Virus record (IMG/VR): IMGVR_UViG_3300042691_020932
Span: 18,591-82,590 of that record
DNA: 64,000 nt
From: a virus
Direction: 5' to 3' (one strand)
Made by a program: the position numbers and the translations under genes
The notes under the pieces: model-generated
What the model saw: only the letters and a program-made list of their open reading frames with translations
What the model was told of the DNA's origin: nothing
Database searches by the model: none
Part shown: positions 47,573 to 55,086 of the stretch, one piece after another
Position numbering within the stretch: position 1 is the stretch's first letter
Layout: each line of letters starts with the position of its first letter

Positions 47573-48099
47573 ACAAGAAACCTCTTTTCATATTCCAGCA
47601 AATCAGATGGTGCAGGAATAATGTTGTCATCACATTCTACAGCATTTTCCCATCTTGCACCACTCTTTTGATATAGTTTGATATTAAGATGCTGGTACTT
47701 TAGGTTAGTTGGAACGTGTACTTTATAGTCAATTCCATCATTCTCAGTCAGCAAGCTAAGTTGCTTATTCTCACTCTTAGTCACTGTAATTGTGGAGCAA
47801 GATAACCAGAACAGATTCTCAAAAACATCATAATCTGATAGGTATTTGTCTGGGTTATCCATAATCATTCGACCAATGAATTGAGGTGACAAACAATGGT
47901 CGTGAGTGCGCTCTTTTGGATTATTCTTTGCTTCCTCACTTATCAATCCAAGATGATTCACTTGAGCGCAATCAAATACACCAATGTAGTAAATGCGTGT
48001 GATAGGTCGGAAGAAATCAGGGTCGCCCCAGTTGTCTACATTAGCACTCAAAGAGTTGAATGTAGTCTGACAGTAGGCTTTCCAGTTCTTGGAGTTCAT
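47569..48099 (-). CDS. Hypothetical protein, possible His-Me (HNH-like) nuclease
   Basis: THDHCLSP...VT..EN..L pattern. Confidence 0.5.
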   Translation of the reverse strand: MNSKNWKAYCQTTFNSLSANVDNWGDPDFFRPITRIYYIGVFDCAQVNHLGLISEEAKNNPKERTHDHCLSPQFIGRMIMDNPDKYLSDYDVFENLFWLSCSTITVTKSENKQLSLLTENDGIDYKVHVPTNLKYQHLNIKLYQKSGARWENAVECDDNIIPAPSDLLEYEKRFLV

Positions 48100-48215
48100 T
48101 TTAGAAAAAATCGGTGTTTTTGTTGCAGTGGATGGGTTCTAGGTCGGTTGCAGTGAAATTGCAGAAAAATCAGGGTTTTGGTCTAGGTGGCCACTGGATT
48201 CTTGGGTGAGACTCA
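48098..48215. repeat. About 117-bp non-coding structured element, copy B
   Basis: Similar to 41875-41991. Confidence 0.85.
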
Positions 48216-49457
48216 CCGCCTCACCACCGATACGGCAGGTTCTCCCTTCTCGAAGATGGTATCAACCACAGACTGAACTGCGCGAGCGGTGCTGATACCA
48301 ACCTTGCTGTAGACAGGAATGCAAACCAGACCGAACGATTTGCTATACTGACTCAGGTTGCCAGGTTCGATACGTCCTTCGCGCATAGCTTTGGCATCAT
48401 CGTGATGCAAACGGATGCAACGTCCGATGGTCTGACTGATGCCAATGAAGTCCATATTACGCAGGAACAGCACTGCTTCCAGACCGCTCACATTGATACC
48501 CTCAGCAAGGATACTGTGGTGAAGAACAACAAACTTCTTATCGTTATCCTTACCCCATGCAGATAGAGTGTCGAAGAATACCTCACGGTTGACCTTCTGA
48601 CCGTCAATAACTGCGCCAGTCTTGGCAGTAATATACATCCAAGAGTATCCGCGACATTCCAGTTGGAAACAGAAATCAGTTTCAGTCACCAGCGATACGA
48701 TTTGCTTGGTTGCCTTAGCACAAATCAGAATCTTGCCGACCTTGTTCTCATCAATCGTTTCCAGCAGATTCTCAGAATCGCGGTCGAAGTTGGTCTGCTT
48801 ACCAGTTACCATAGCCAGTTGCTTGACGATGACTTTGGGGGGCACAATGTAACCACCTTCAACCAACTCAGGAGCAGGAACTTTGCAGATTACCTGACCG
48901 TAAACATCAGCATCATTCATCCCAGGTTTGCCAGTAGCAAGGGAATGTTTGGGAGTTGCAGTGAAGAAATAGCAGCGGCGAGCAGTAGCAGCAAAGTGCT
49001 CTGTTGCAGGGAAAAAGTGACGCTGAACGCTGTTATGTGCCTCATCAAAGTAAATAGTATCCACATCAACTTCTGCCACTTGCAGACGCGACAGAGAGTT
49101 GTAGGTAGTTACAATCAAGCGATGGCTATCAGCATTGGCATCAACCCAGTTACGAATCTCACGGGGGCGAGTAGAGGATTCGTGATGAGTTTCGCCACTG
49201 TGAACGTGCAAAACTTTAGCGTTGGTGATGAACTCCAGGAACTCGCTAGAGAGTTGCTCTGCCAACAAAATACGAGGAGCAACAACAACAATGGTCTGGG
49301 GAGTTTCAGACTGCAACTCACGCAGAGCATCATAGATCATCTTGAGAGTCTTGCCACCGCCAGTAGGAACAATGATCTGACCTTTATCATGCTGTTGCAT
49401 AGCAGCAACACCACGTTCTTGATGCGGACGAAGTTGGATTTGCATTGGTTTCATCAT
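48213..49457 (-). CDS. SF2 (DEAH, ResIII-like) helicase
   Basis: LRPHQ, PTGGGKT, DEAH, TATP, EGINV, QTIGRCIR. Confidence 0.92.
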   Translation of the reverse strand: MMKPMQIQLRPHQERGVAAMQQHDKGQIIVPTGGGKTLKMIYDALRELQSETPQTIVVVAPRILLAEQLSSEFLEFITNAKVLHVHSGETHHESSTRPREIRNWVDANADSHRLIVTTYNSLSRLQVAEVDVDTIYFDEAHNSVQRHFFPATEHFAATARRCYFFTATPKHSLATGKPGMNDADVYGQVICKVPAPELVEGGYIVPPKVIVKQLAMVTGKQTNFDRDSENLLETIDENKVGKILICAKATKQIVSLVTETDFCFQLECRGYSWMYITAKTGAVIDGQKVNREVFFDTLSAWGKDNDKKFVVLHHSILAEGINVSGLEAVLFLRNMDFIGISQTIGRCIRLHHDDAKAMREGRIEPGNLSQYSKSFGLVCIPVYSKVGISTARAVQSVVDTIFEKGEPAVSVVRR

Positions 49458-49485
49458 CTAGTATTAGGACACTTTGCAGGGCCCA
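49457..49485 (-). repeat. 29-bp intergenic element, copy 13
   Basis: TGGGCCCTGCAAAGTGTCCTAATACTAGA. Confidence 0.92.
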
Positions 49486-49488
49486 GTA

Positions 49489-49689
49489 TCAGTTACAAAC
49501 TTTTTTATAGCAGTTCAGTCTATCAATTACACCTTGCATTGTAGCACGATTGTAACCATTTGCAAAGGGTAGACTTCTCTCAGTTTCAGGATTAGAACCA
49601 AAATCAACATTTTGGGAGACATTAACACCCTCTTGAAGAAGGCGAATGACATCATCAAAGACAAAATCAGGGATTTGAATGTAATTCAT
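49489..49689 (-). CDS. Hypothetical protein
   Basis: Start moved to MNYIQ, downstream of the hairpin. Confidence 0.6.
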   Translation of the reverse strand: MNYIQIPDFVFDDVIRLLQEGVNVSQNVDFGSNPETERSLPFANGYNRATMQGVIDRLNCYKKVCN

Positions 49690-49717
49690 TGTTCTCAGTG
49701 GTTTGGTATCTAAAGAC

Positions 49718-49753
49718 AAAAATAGCACGCTTAGAGGTCAATCTGAGCGTGCT
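49718..49753 (-). terminator. Stem-loop with T run (terminator-like)
   Basis: AGCACGCTCAGA-TTGACC-TCTAAGCGTGCT-ATTTTT. Confidence 0.55.
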
Positions 49754-49943
49754 GGTGGGGTTTAATCAACCTCCAAACATTTCATCAAACAACCAATCAC
49801 CAGAACGCTCTTTTTCTTCCCAGACTTTGTTAGCGTTTGCTTCAATCATTGCTCGTTCAATCTTAATGTCAAGGGCAGATTTAGTGCTGAACCAGTTACC
49901 GTTGCGGTCTTGCCAGAGCATAATGTCGTTTGAGTGTTGTCCT

Positions 49944-49972
49944 TATACTACTAGGACACTTTAGAGGGCCCA
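49944..49972 (-). repeat. 29-bp intergenic element, copy 14
   Basis: TGGGCCCTCTAAAGTGTCCTAGTAGTATA. Confidence 0.95.
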
Positions 49973-49982
49973 GTATTTGTTA

Positions 49983-50561
49983 TCAGGGTTGATATTTGGA
50001 AGCGGGAAGATCTCTACCTTTGATGATGTCTGAATGTAAACGCTTACCAGCTCTTACCATCTTCTTCTTCTCATCTCTAGTATATTCGTGCTTGGTTGTT
50101 CTTTCAATCTTCTCACCTTTTGGCGCTTCTTCTTTCTTCTTGGTGAGAAGTTTTGATGCTTGCTTTACTAAATCTTTTGATTTAGGTTTTGCTGCTGGAG
50201 TTTCACCACCAGACTTTGCTGCTCTTCTAGCAAGTGCTGCCTTTCTTCTTTCTTCCTTTGCTGCTGCTAGTTGTCTCTCTCTAGCAGATCCACGCTCTTG
50301 TTCTGGTGCTTGAGTTCTAGTTTCAGAACTACGCTGAGTTCCAATATCTTTGCGTGGTTTGTATTCTTTTGCAGGTACAGTTGTGCCACCTGGACCTCTC
50401 TTAGTTCTGCGTCTTTCAGCTTCAGTCTTCTTGCGTTCTTTACCTATTCTTCCACCCGCACCCTGGCGGGTGATGGATGCACCACCACCCCAACCAAGTT
50501 GTTTAGCGGCATCGGCATCAGATGCTTCGCAAAGAGACATAAACTGTGAAAAGGTACGCAT
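49983..50561 (-). CDS. Basic putative internal head protein with capsid-targeting-like N-terminus
   Basis: MRTFSQFMSLCE resembles the T4 internal-protein leader; K/R rich; CTAAATA at 50588-50594. Confidence 0.6.
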   Translation of the reverse strand: MRTFSQFMSLCEASDADAAKQLGWGGGASITRQGAGGRIGKERKKTEAERRRTKRGPGGTTVPAKEYKPRKDIGTQRSSETRTQAPEQERGSARERQLAAAKEERRKAALARRAAKSGGETPAAKPKSKDLVKQASKLLTKKKEEAPKGEKIERTTKHEYTRDEKKKMVRAGKRLHSDIIKGRDLPASKYQP

Positions 50562-50590
50562 TGGACTATCTAAACACTACTTTTTAGTAT

Positions 50591-50791
50591 TTAGAAGTCC
50601 TCTTCCTTTGCTTTATATGAACCCTTGAAGACACGTCCTTCAGCATAAAATTGCTTCACACGTTCGCGGCGAGTAGCAATCAAAAGATCATACTCTTCTT
50701 GCTGTTGTTTGGTGAAGTTGAAATCTTGACGCCTCCAAGCATCTTTCAGTTCTTGAATGTGGGGGAGCACGTTAGGGATTTGTTCGATCAT
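50591..50791 (-). CDS. Hypothetical protein
   Basis: Co-oriented ORF. Confidence 0.7.
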   Translation of the reverse strand: MIEQIPNVLPHIQELKDAWRRQDFNFTKQQQEEYDLLIATRRERVKQFYAEGRVFKGSYKAKEEDF

Positions 50792-50835
50792 TTTAGAATA
50801 ATAAAGGATCAGGAGTCAGTGTGGGGGATTTGGTA

Positions 50836-50853
50836 GACAGTTTGAGAACTGTC
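50836..50853. promoter_or_regulatory. Palindromic site GACAGTT-N4-AACTGTC
   Basis: Perfect 7-4-7 palindrome upstream of a -10-like TATTAT and ATG 50791. Confidence 0.5.
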
Positions 50854-50986
50854 AGTAGTCGATGTTTGATTTAAGATATTCATTCATATTGAAATCTTTT
50901 ACATCTTCAACAAGATCAGAAAGATCTTCGTCAATGAAGTCGAAGTTTTCAAGTTCCTCAATTTGAATGTCGTCGAACCAGTCCAT
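50852..50986 (-). CDS. 44-aa very acidic peptide
   Basis: Manual translation MDWFDDIQIEELENFDFIDEDLSDLVEDVKDFNMNEYLKSNIDY. Confidence 0.7.
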   Translation of the reverse strand: MDWFDDIQIEELENFDFIDEDLSDLVEDVKDFNMNEYLKSNIDY

Positions 50987-51000
50987 AGTGTGTGGGTGAT

Positions 51001-51029
51001 TACATTATTAGGACACTTTACAGGGCCCA
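51001..51029 (-). repeat. 29-bp intergenic element, copy 15
   Basis: TGGGCCCTGTAAAGTGTCCTAATAATGTA. Confidence 0.93.
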
Positions 51030-51035
51030 ATAATA

Positions 51036-51683
51036 TTAAAGTGGAGAGTTGCTAGTGTTTTGAATCATTCTCTTCATAAATCCACTAGAAGGTTGTGTTT
51101 TTTGTGGTTGCTTCACTTTCATTGGAGGAGGTCCAGATGGCTTCATAGCAGAACGAAGATTTTGTTGTGATGTTGTGTCAAGTGGAATTACATTTTCTGG
51201 TTTGATTGCATCACCCACAGCTTCTCTAGCAATTTCTCTTTTTATCTCTGATTTTAGTTGTTCTTTTTCTCTTCTTTTTGCAAGTCTTTTTCTATTTGCA
51301 TTTACTCGCGCAGATATTCTTTCCTTAAACTGACTAACACCTTCTCTTTGTCTTTGCATTAGTTGCTTTCTTCTTTGCTCCAAATCTTCAAATAGATCAT
51401 GATCTAGATGATTTGGATCCATTGAAGGACTTTGTTCTTCAATCTTCTTGACTGATTTTGCCAACTTCTTCAGTCTTTGTTTTACTGCCTTTCCACCACT
51501 ACGCTTTACAACTAGCTTATCAATTTCTTTCTTTTTTGGTTTACCCAATGGTCCATCATAACTCTGAAGAGTATATGAAATAGTTCCTTCACTGTCTCTC
51601 TTATAAGTTCCTGGAACTGCGTGTGGAGCAGTATCGGGTTTTTTACCTTCGCAGATTTCGTAGAACTCTCTAAATGTTAGCAT
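51036..51683 (-). CDS. Basic putative internal head protein with capsid-targeting-like N-terminus
   Basis: MLTFREFYEICE leader; ATAAATA at 51703-51709. Confidence 0.6.
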   Translation of the reverse strand: MLTFREFYEICEGKKPDTAPHAVPGTYKRDSEGTISYTLQSYDGPLGKPKKKEIDKLVVKRSGGKAVKQRLKKLAKSVKKIEEQSPSMDPNHLDHDLFEDLEQRRKQLMQRQREGVSQFKERISARVNANRKRLAKRREKEQLKSEIKREIAREAVGDAIKPENVIPLDTTSQQNLRSAMKPSGPPPMKVKQPQKTQPSSGFMKRMIQNTSNSPL

Positions 51684-51702
51684 CTTACTTATACTTTTTG
51701 AT

Positions 51703-51709
51703 TATTTAT
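51703..51709 (-). promoter_or_regulatory. T4-type late promoter (ATAAATA)
   Basis: 19 nt upstream of ATG 51683. Confidence 0.6.
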
Positions 51710-51711
51710 TT

Positions 51712-52002
51712 TTACTCAAACTCAAGAGTTCTATTTGATACTTTCATAGGTGGAGTTTTATATTCTGGAAGTGTAGAAGTTTCAACGTATACTTCTATCT
51801 TAGTCTCATCATTCCAATGACGGATTGCATTTGCCACAATGAAACAGTTGGTAATGAGAATGGATAGAAACATCAAAAGGCGGATAAGAGCAATCTTATC
51901 CGCTTCTTTATCACATTTACTTGCTTTTTCACCCAATGCTTTAGCAAGCAGTCGCCAGACAGTTTTGTTCTTCTTCATAGACCGATTCTCTTGATTTAAC
52001 AT
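51712..52002 (-). CDS. Small membrane protein (WR..AKALGEK...EAD.IA.IR family)
   Basis: Recurrent phage motif plus one transmembrane helix. Confidence 0.7.
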   Translation of the reverse strand: MLNQENRSMKKNKTVWRLLAKALGEKASKCDKEADKIALIRLLMFLSILITNCFIVANAIRHWNDETKIEVYVETSTLPEYKTPPMKVSNRTLEFE

Positions 52003-52204
52003 ACTCCAACTGTTTCCATTGATTATTATAGCAAATTACAAGCAATCTTTCATTTGCGTGAATAGAGCAGGCGCGATAATTGAGTTCATCTTTAGGCCGA
52101 ACACTATATTCAATAGTAATGTATTCTTCGCACTTGAAATAAACCCAGCCCTCAACACCTTTAGTCCATTTTACATAGTCGTTGACTCTTGGAGTGTAAT
52201 CCAT
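51941..52204 (-). CDS. Hypothetical protein
   Basis: DYV.W...EGWVYF..EYITIE motif. Confidence 0.7.
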   Translation of the reverse strand: MDYTPRVNDYVKWTKGVEGWVYFKCEEYITIEYSVRPKDELNYRACSIHANERLLVICYNNQWKQLEYVKSRESVYEEEQNCLATAC

Positions 52205-52206
52205 AT

Positions 52207-52524
52207 CTAAACAAAAAACGCATCCAATGGAGATTGCTTAAGTGGCATCGCAGTATAATTCCGCGTATCCTTGATATTTACACGAGCACCGATGGACTTA
52301 CTATTGATGGGGGAGAAGTATTCTCTGGTTTTGGTATTGTAGAAGGAGTGTATAGTCCTGGTTGGAGCACCGCCATTATAGACAAACTTGCGAGTGTTGC
52401 ATAACCAAATACTGACAACATTTCGCTTGAAGTCTTCACATTCATAATAGTATCCTTCTGGAGGAGAATATGGAAGAGGTGGAACTTCAACAGTCATAGA
52501 ACTTATCTTGCGACATATACTCAA
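52207..52524 (-). CDS. Hypothetical protein
   Basis: PPEGY.Y...PINSK..G...T..YTAM motif. Confidence 0.7.
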   Translation of the reverse strand: MSICRKISSMTVEVPPLPYSPPEGYYYECEDFKRNVVSIWLCNTRKFVYNGGAPTRTIHSFYNTKTREYFSPINSKSIGARVNIKDTRNYTAMPLKQSPLDAFFV

Positions 52525-52656
52525 TTTGTTTTTGTAGTTGTGAGATTTCTTGTTCCTGTTCTTTAATTTTCTTTTCCAAATGATCTATTCGTTTCTGATA
52601 CTGTTCCTTGAGATCAAACAACATTTTATTTGTGTGAGAAACGTGGTTAGTCATAA

Positions 52657-52887
52657 TCAAGTCGTGAAATGTTCAACAATACGGGATTCTTCGTCATCCA
52701 CAAGTGCAAAACGAGGAGCAGCAACTACACGCTCCATAATTTTACTTTCGTATCGGTCATCATAATCATCTGAGTCTCGTAGAATATCGTGGCACTCAAT
52801 ATCATTTTCAGCAATAACATTGATTACTCCACCATACTCAGAAGAAGGAAAAGGAACCCAGTAGTCAACAATATACAGATACTTCAT
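52657..52887 (-). CDS. Hypothetical protein
   Basis: YIVDYWVPFPSSEYGG motif. Confidence 0.75.
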   Translation of the reverse strand: MKYLYIVDYWVPFPSSEYGGVINVIAENDIECHDILRDSDDYDDRYESKIMERVVAAPRFALVDDEESRIVEHFTT

Positions 52888-52910
52888 TTGTTTTTGTAAA
52901 TTACCTCTTG

Positions 52911-52939
52911 AGTTTAGAACTGTTTGTTTTCTTTGTCAA
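52911..52939 (-). promoter_or_regulatory. Sigma70-type promoter
   Basis: TTGACA-17 nt-TAAACT. Confidence 0.65.
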
Positions 52940-53011
52940 TATCATTGGCAACTATAAGAGAAACTCCTACAGTCAAAAGGATACCAACTCCCATACCAAG
53001 AATAAAAGTCA

Positions 53012-53149
53012 TCAATAAAATTCAGCAAGATAGTAGTCAACAGGAACTTCAAGTTTAGCCGCTTCGCGCTCAACTTCTTTCCAGAACTCTTCTGCTACTT
53101 TGCACATTTCTGCCCGTTTAATGAGGTCTCGGATGTTTTTAGGAATCAT
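53012..53149 (-). CDS. 45-aa hypothetical protein (EA..L...DYYL.EF family)
   Basis: Manual translation ending EREAAKLEVPVDYYLAEFY. Confidence 0.65.
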   Translation of the reverse strand: MIPKNIRDLIKRAEMCKVAEEFWKEVEREAAKLEVPVDYYLAEFY

Positions 53150-53398
53150 TTAGACTTCTCCTTGAGTTGATTTTCTTCGCGTGGATACATTACCTTATAG
53201 TAATATATCATAATGGACGATACAAATGCAACAAGTGCAGTGTAAATTGTAAACGCAAGTCCGATACTCATTTCATTTGTTGAGTTGCTTGTTGGCGATA
53301 GTGCGATTTATAGAGAACACTATCGCGTTGAATTAGAAACACATTCCAACCAAGAATGACTGCAAAACCAATCAATCCCGTGACAATGTACTTTTTAT

Positions 53399-53806
53399 TC
53401 ATTTATTCATTTGAAGTGTAGGAACAGGCATACCACCTTCGGTAGGAACATAGATGGTAACATTACCATTCTTTGCGCCATCTTCGATACCAGTGATATA
53501 CAGGTACTGCAGATACTCACGGTTATCTTTCAGTGAATCACCAATAATCTGGTTTGCTTTGGCAACACCACCAGCGCGAATAATCTCTGCTTCAGCAAGT
53601 TGTTGTGCAGAATCTTTCTTTGCTTGTGCTTCAAGCACTGCTACCTGGCGAGTGTATTCTGCTTTTTGCAATTCTGCTTTACCAGCAAGAGATTGTTGCC
53701 ACACATTGTATTGGGGACCACCAATAAAGATGATACCACCAATCACAACGACACCGATAGCAAGGAGAGCAACACCAGGGTCAATAAATCCGTTTTGTTG
53801 TTTCAT
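53399..53806 (-). CDS. Membrane-anchored SPFH/band-7-tail-like protein
   Basis: N-terminal transmembrane helix, Ala/Glu coiled coil AE..RA.GVAKAN.II..SL, IYVPTEGG.P. Confidence 0.6.
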   Translation of the reverse strand: MKQQNGFIDPGVALLAIGVVVIGGIIFIGGPQYNVWQQSLAGKAELQKAEYTRQVAVLEAQAKKDSAQQLAEAEIIRAGGVAKANQIIGDSLKDNREYLQYLYITGIEDGAKNGNVTIYVPTEGGMPVPTLQMNK

Positions 53807-53912
53807 TTTTGTTCAAACTCCTTTACAATTTCATTAATTCGTTTGTTGGACTGATAATTACGGATAATATCCATAATACAATATCCAAAGGCAAATCCTG
53901 CCATAATTTCAA

Positions 53913-54104
53913 TCATTTAGAAGAAACTCCAGTATCTTTAAAAATCAGATTAGCAAGAGCAATGATAGCAAAGTTCTGCCAGAAGGTCAAAGACACGTTG
54001 AACCAAGACAGAATGAGTCCAAGTAACCACGCTTCAAAGAAAAGTCCAGCAGTAGCAAGGACAATAACAACAAAGACAGCAGCAAGAGTAGTAGAAGTTT
54101 TCAT
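53913..54104 (-). CDS. Small membrane protein
   Basis: Hydrophobic; LTFWQ motif. Confidence 0.65.
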   Translation of the reverse strand: MKTSTTLAAVFVVIVLATAGLFFEAWLLGLILSWFNVSLTFWQNFAIIALANLIFKDTGVSSK

Positions 54105-54107
54105 AGG

Positions 54108-54548
54108 TCAAACGTGAAGAGCAGCAGAGGGGATTTCAACAACTTCGGGAAGTTTGCTTTCTACATAACAGTTCATATTATAGCACACCCATTCACCATT
54201 GCGGAAGACATAGTGATACTCTTCACCATTAGCAGGAAGAAGATACTCACAAAGGTCAGCATCAAGGCGAGGAGGGCAATTTTCACCGCGCTGAGAGTAG
54301 TATTGGGGCCCATATTTTTGAGAACCAACTCCTTTCACACCAGGAATAATTTCTTCATTAGTCCAACATTCTTCGGACCAGCAAGAACTCATATCACCAC
54401 CATCAATCAGTTCGGCAACTTGTTGACGAGTGTTGTAATGAGTCTTCAGAATACGACCCAACCATTCGGGATACGAATCCCAATGGTGGTACACAGAGAG
54501 AATAGAACCGTTTTTGAGTTCAAGACCGATGCGACCCCGAGTTGACAT
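54108..54548 (-). CDS. Conserved phage hypothetical protein (M.TR.RIG...Y.HWD.YP..LG family)
   Basis: Recurrent motif; first gene after repeat 16. Confidence 0.8.
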   Translation of the reverse strand: MSTRGRIGLELKNGSILSVYHHWDSYPEWLGRILKTHYNTRQQVAELIDGGDMSSCWSEECWTNEEIIPGVKGVGSQKYGPQYYSQRGENCPPRLDADLCEYLLPANGEEYHYVFRNGEWVCYNMNCYVESKLPEVVEIPSAALHV

Positions 54549-54562
54549 TTAAGTGATGTGCT

Positions 54563-54591
54563 TACATTACTAGGACACTTTCAGGGGCCCA
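54563..54591 (-). repeat. 29-bp intergenic element, copy 16
   Basis: TGGGCCCCTGAAAGTGTCCTAGTAATGTA. Confidence 0.93.
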
Positions 54592-54598
54592 ATAAGAA

Positions 54599-54763
54599 TC
54601 AACCACCACGCTCTCGCAAACTGCGTACAAGATACTCGGTAAATTGCTCCATCTTCTCAGGAACCACAGCAGCAGGGAGTTGATTGATTACATTTTTAAG
54701 TGCGGTCATTTCATTGAACTCTTCATCTGTCAATTTTTGGTTCCCTTTTGAAGAAAGTGTCAT
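54599..54763 (-). CDS. 54-aa hypothetical protein
   Basis: Manual translation MTLSSKGNQKLTDEEFNEMTALK...P...PEKMEQFTEYLVRSL. Confidence 0.65.
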   Translation of the reverse strand: MTLSSKGNQKLTDEEFNEMTALKNVINQLPAAVVPEKMEQFTEYLVRSLRERGG

Positions 54764-54855
54764 ACTTTTGCTCCCGCGATTATGTTCGTATCCTAACAGT
54801 ATTTAAGGGAGATATGAGGTTTCTTAATATTCTCTTTGGGATTGGTTAATTGTTC

Positions 54856-55086
54856 TTAACTAAAGAACGTTCCGAAAGATCCTTTATCTTCACCAAATCC
54901 TTTCATACGATCTTCCAATTTATCCAAAAGTTGATCTGTCTTAATTAGACTATCAATCCTACAAATCATCTCTGAAATCTGACGCGAAACAAAAGGTTTC
55001 TCTTGTCGTGCAGAGTATGCCAGAGCATTTCTTAGATTTGCTTCTGCTTCTTTTAGACTTTGTTCTACTGATTCACTCAGGGCCAT
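54856..55086 (-). CDS. Conserved hypothetical protein
   Basis: MALS.SV..SL.EA..NLRNAL..AR.E.P motif. Confidence 0.75.
   Translation of the reverse strand: MALSESVEQSLKEAEANLRNALAYSARQEKPFVSRQISEMICRIDSLIKTDQLLDKLEDRMKGFGEDKGSFGTFFS

Noticed and set aside
35933-54591. CRISPR array interpretation of the 29-bp repeats
   Set aside because: Spacing is about 0.4-3.5 kb and irregular, the intervals contain intact genes, and no cas genes are present.
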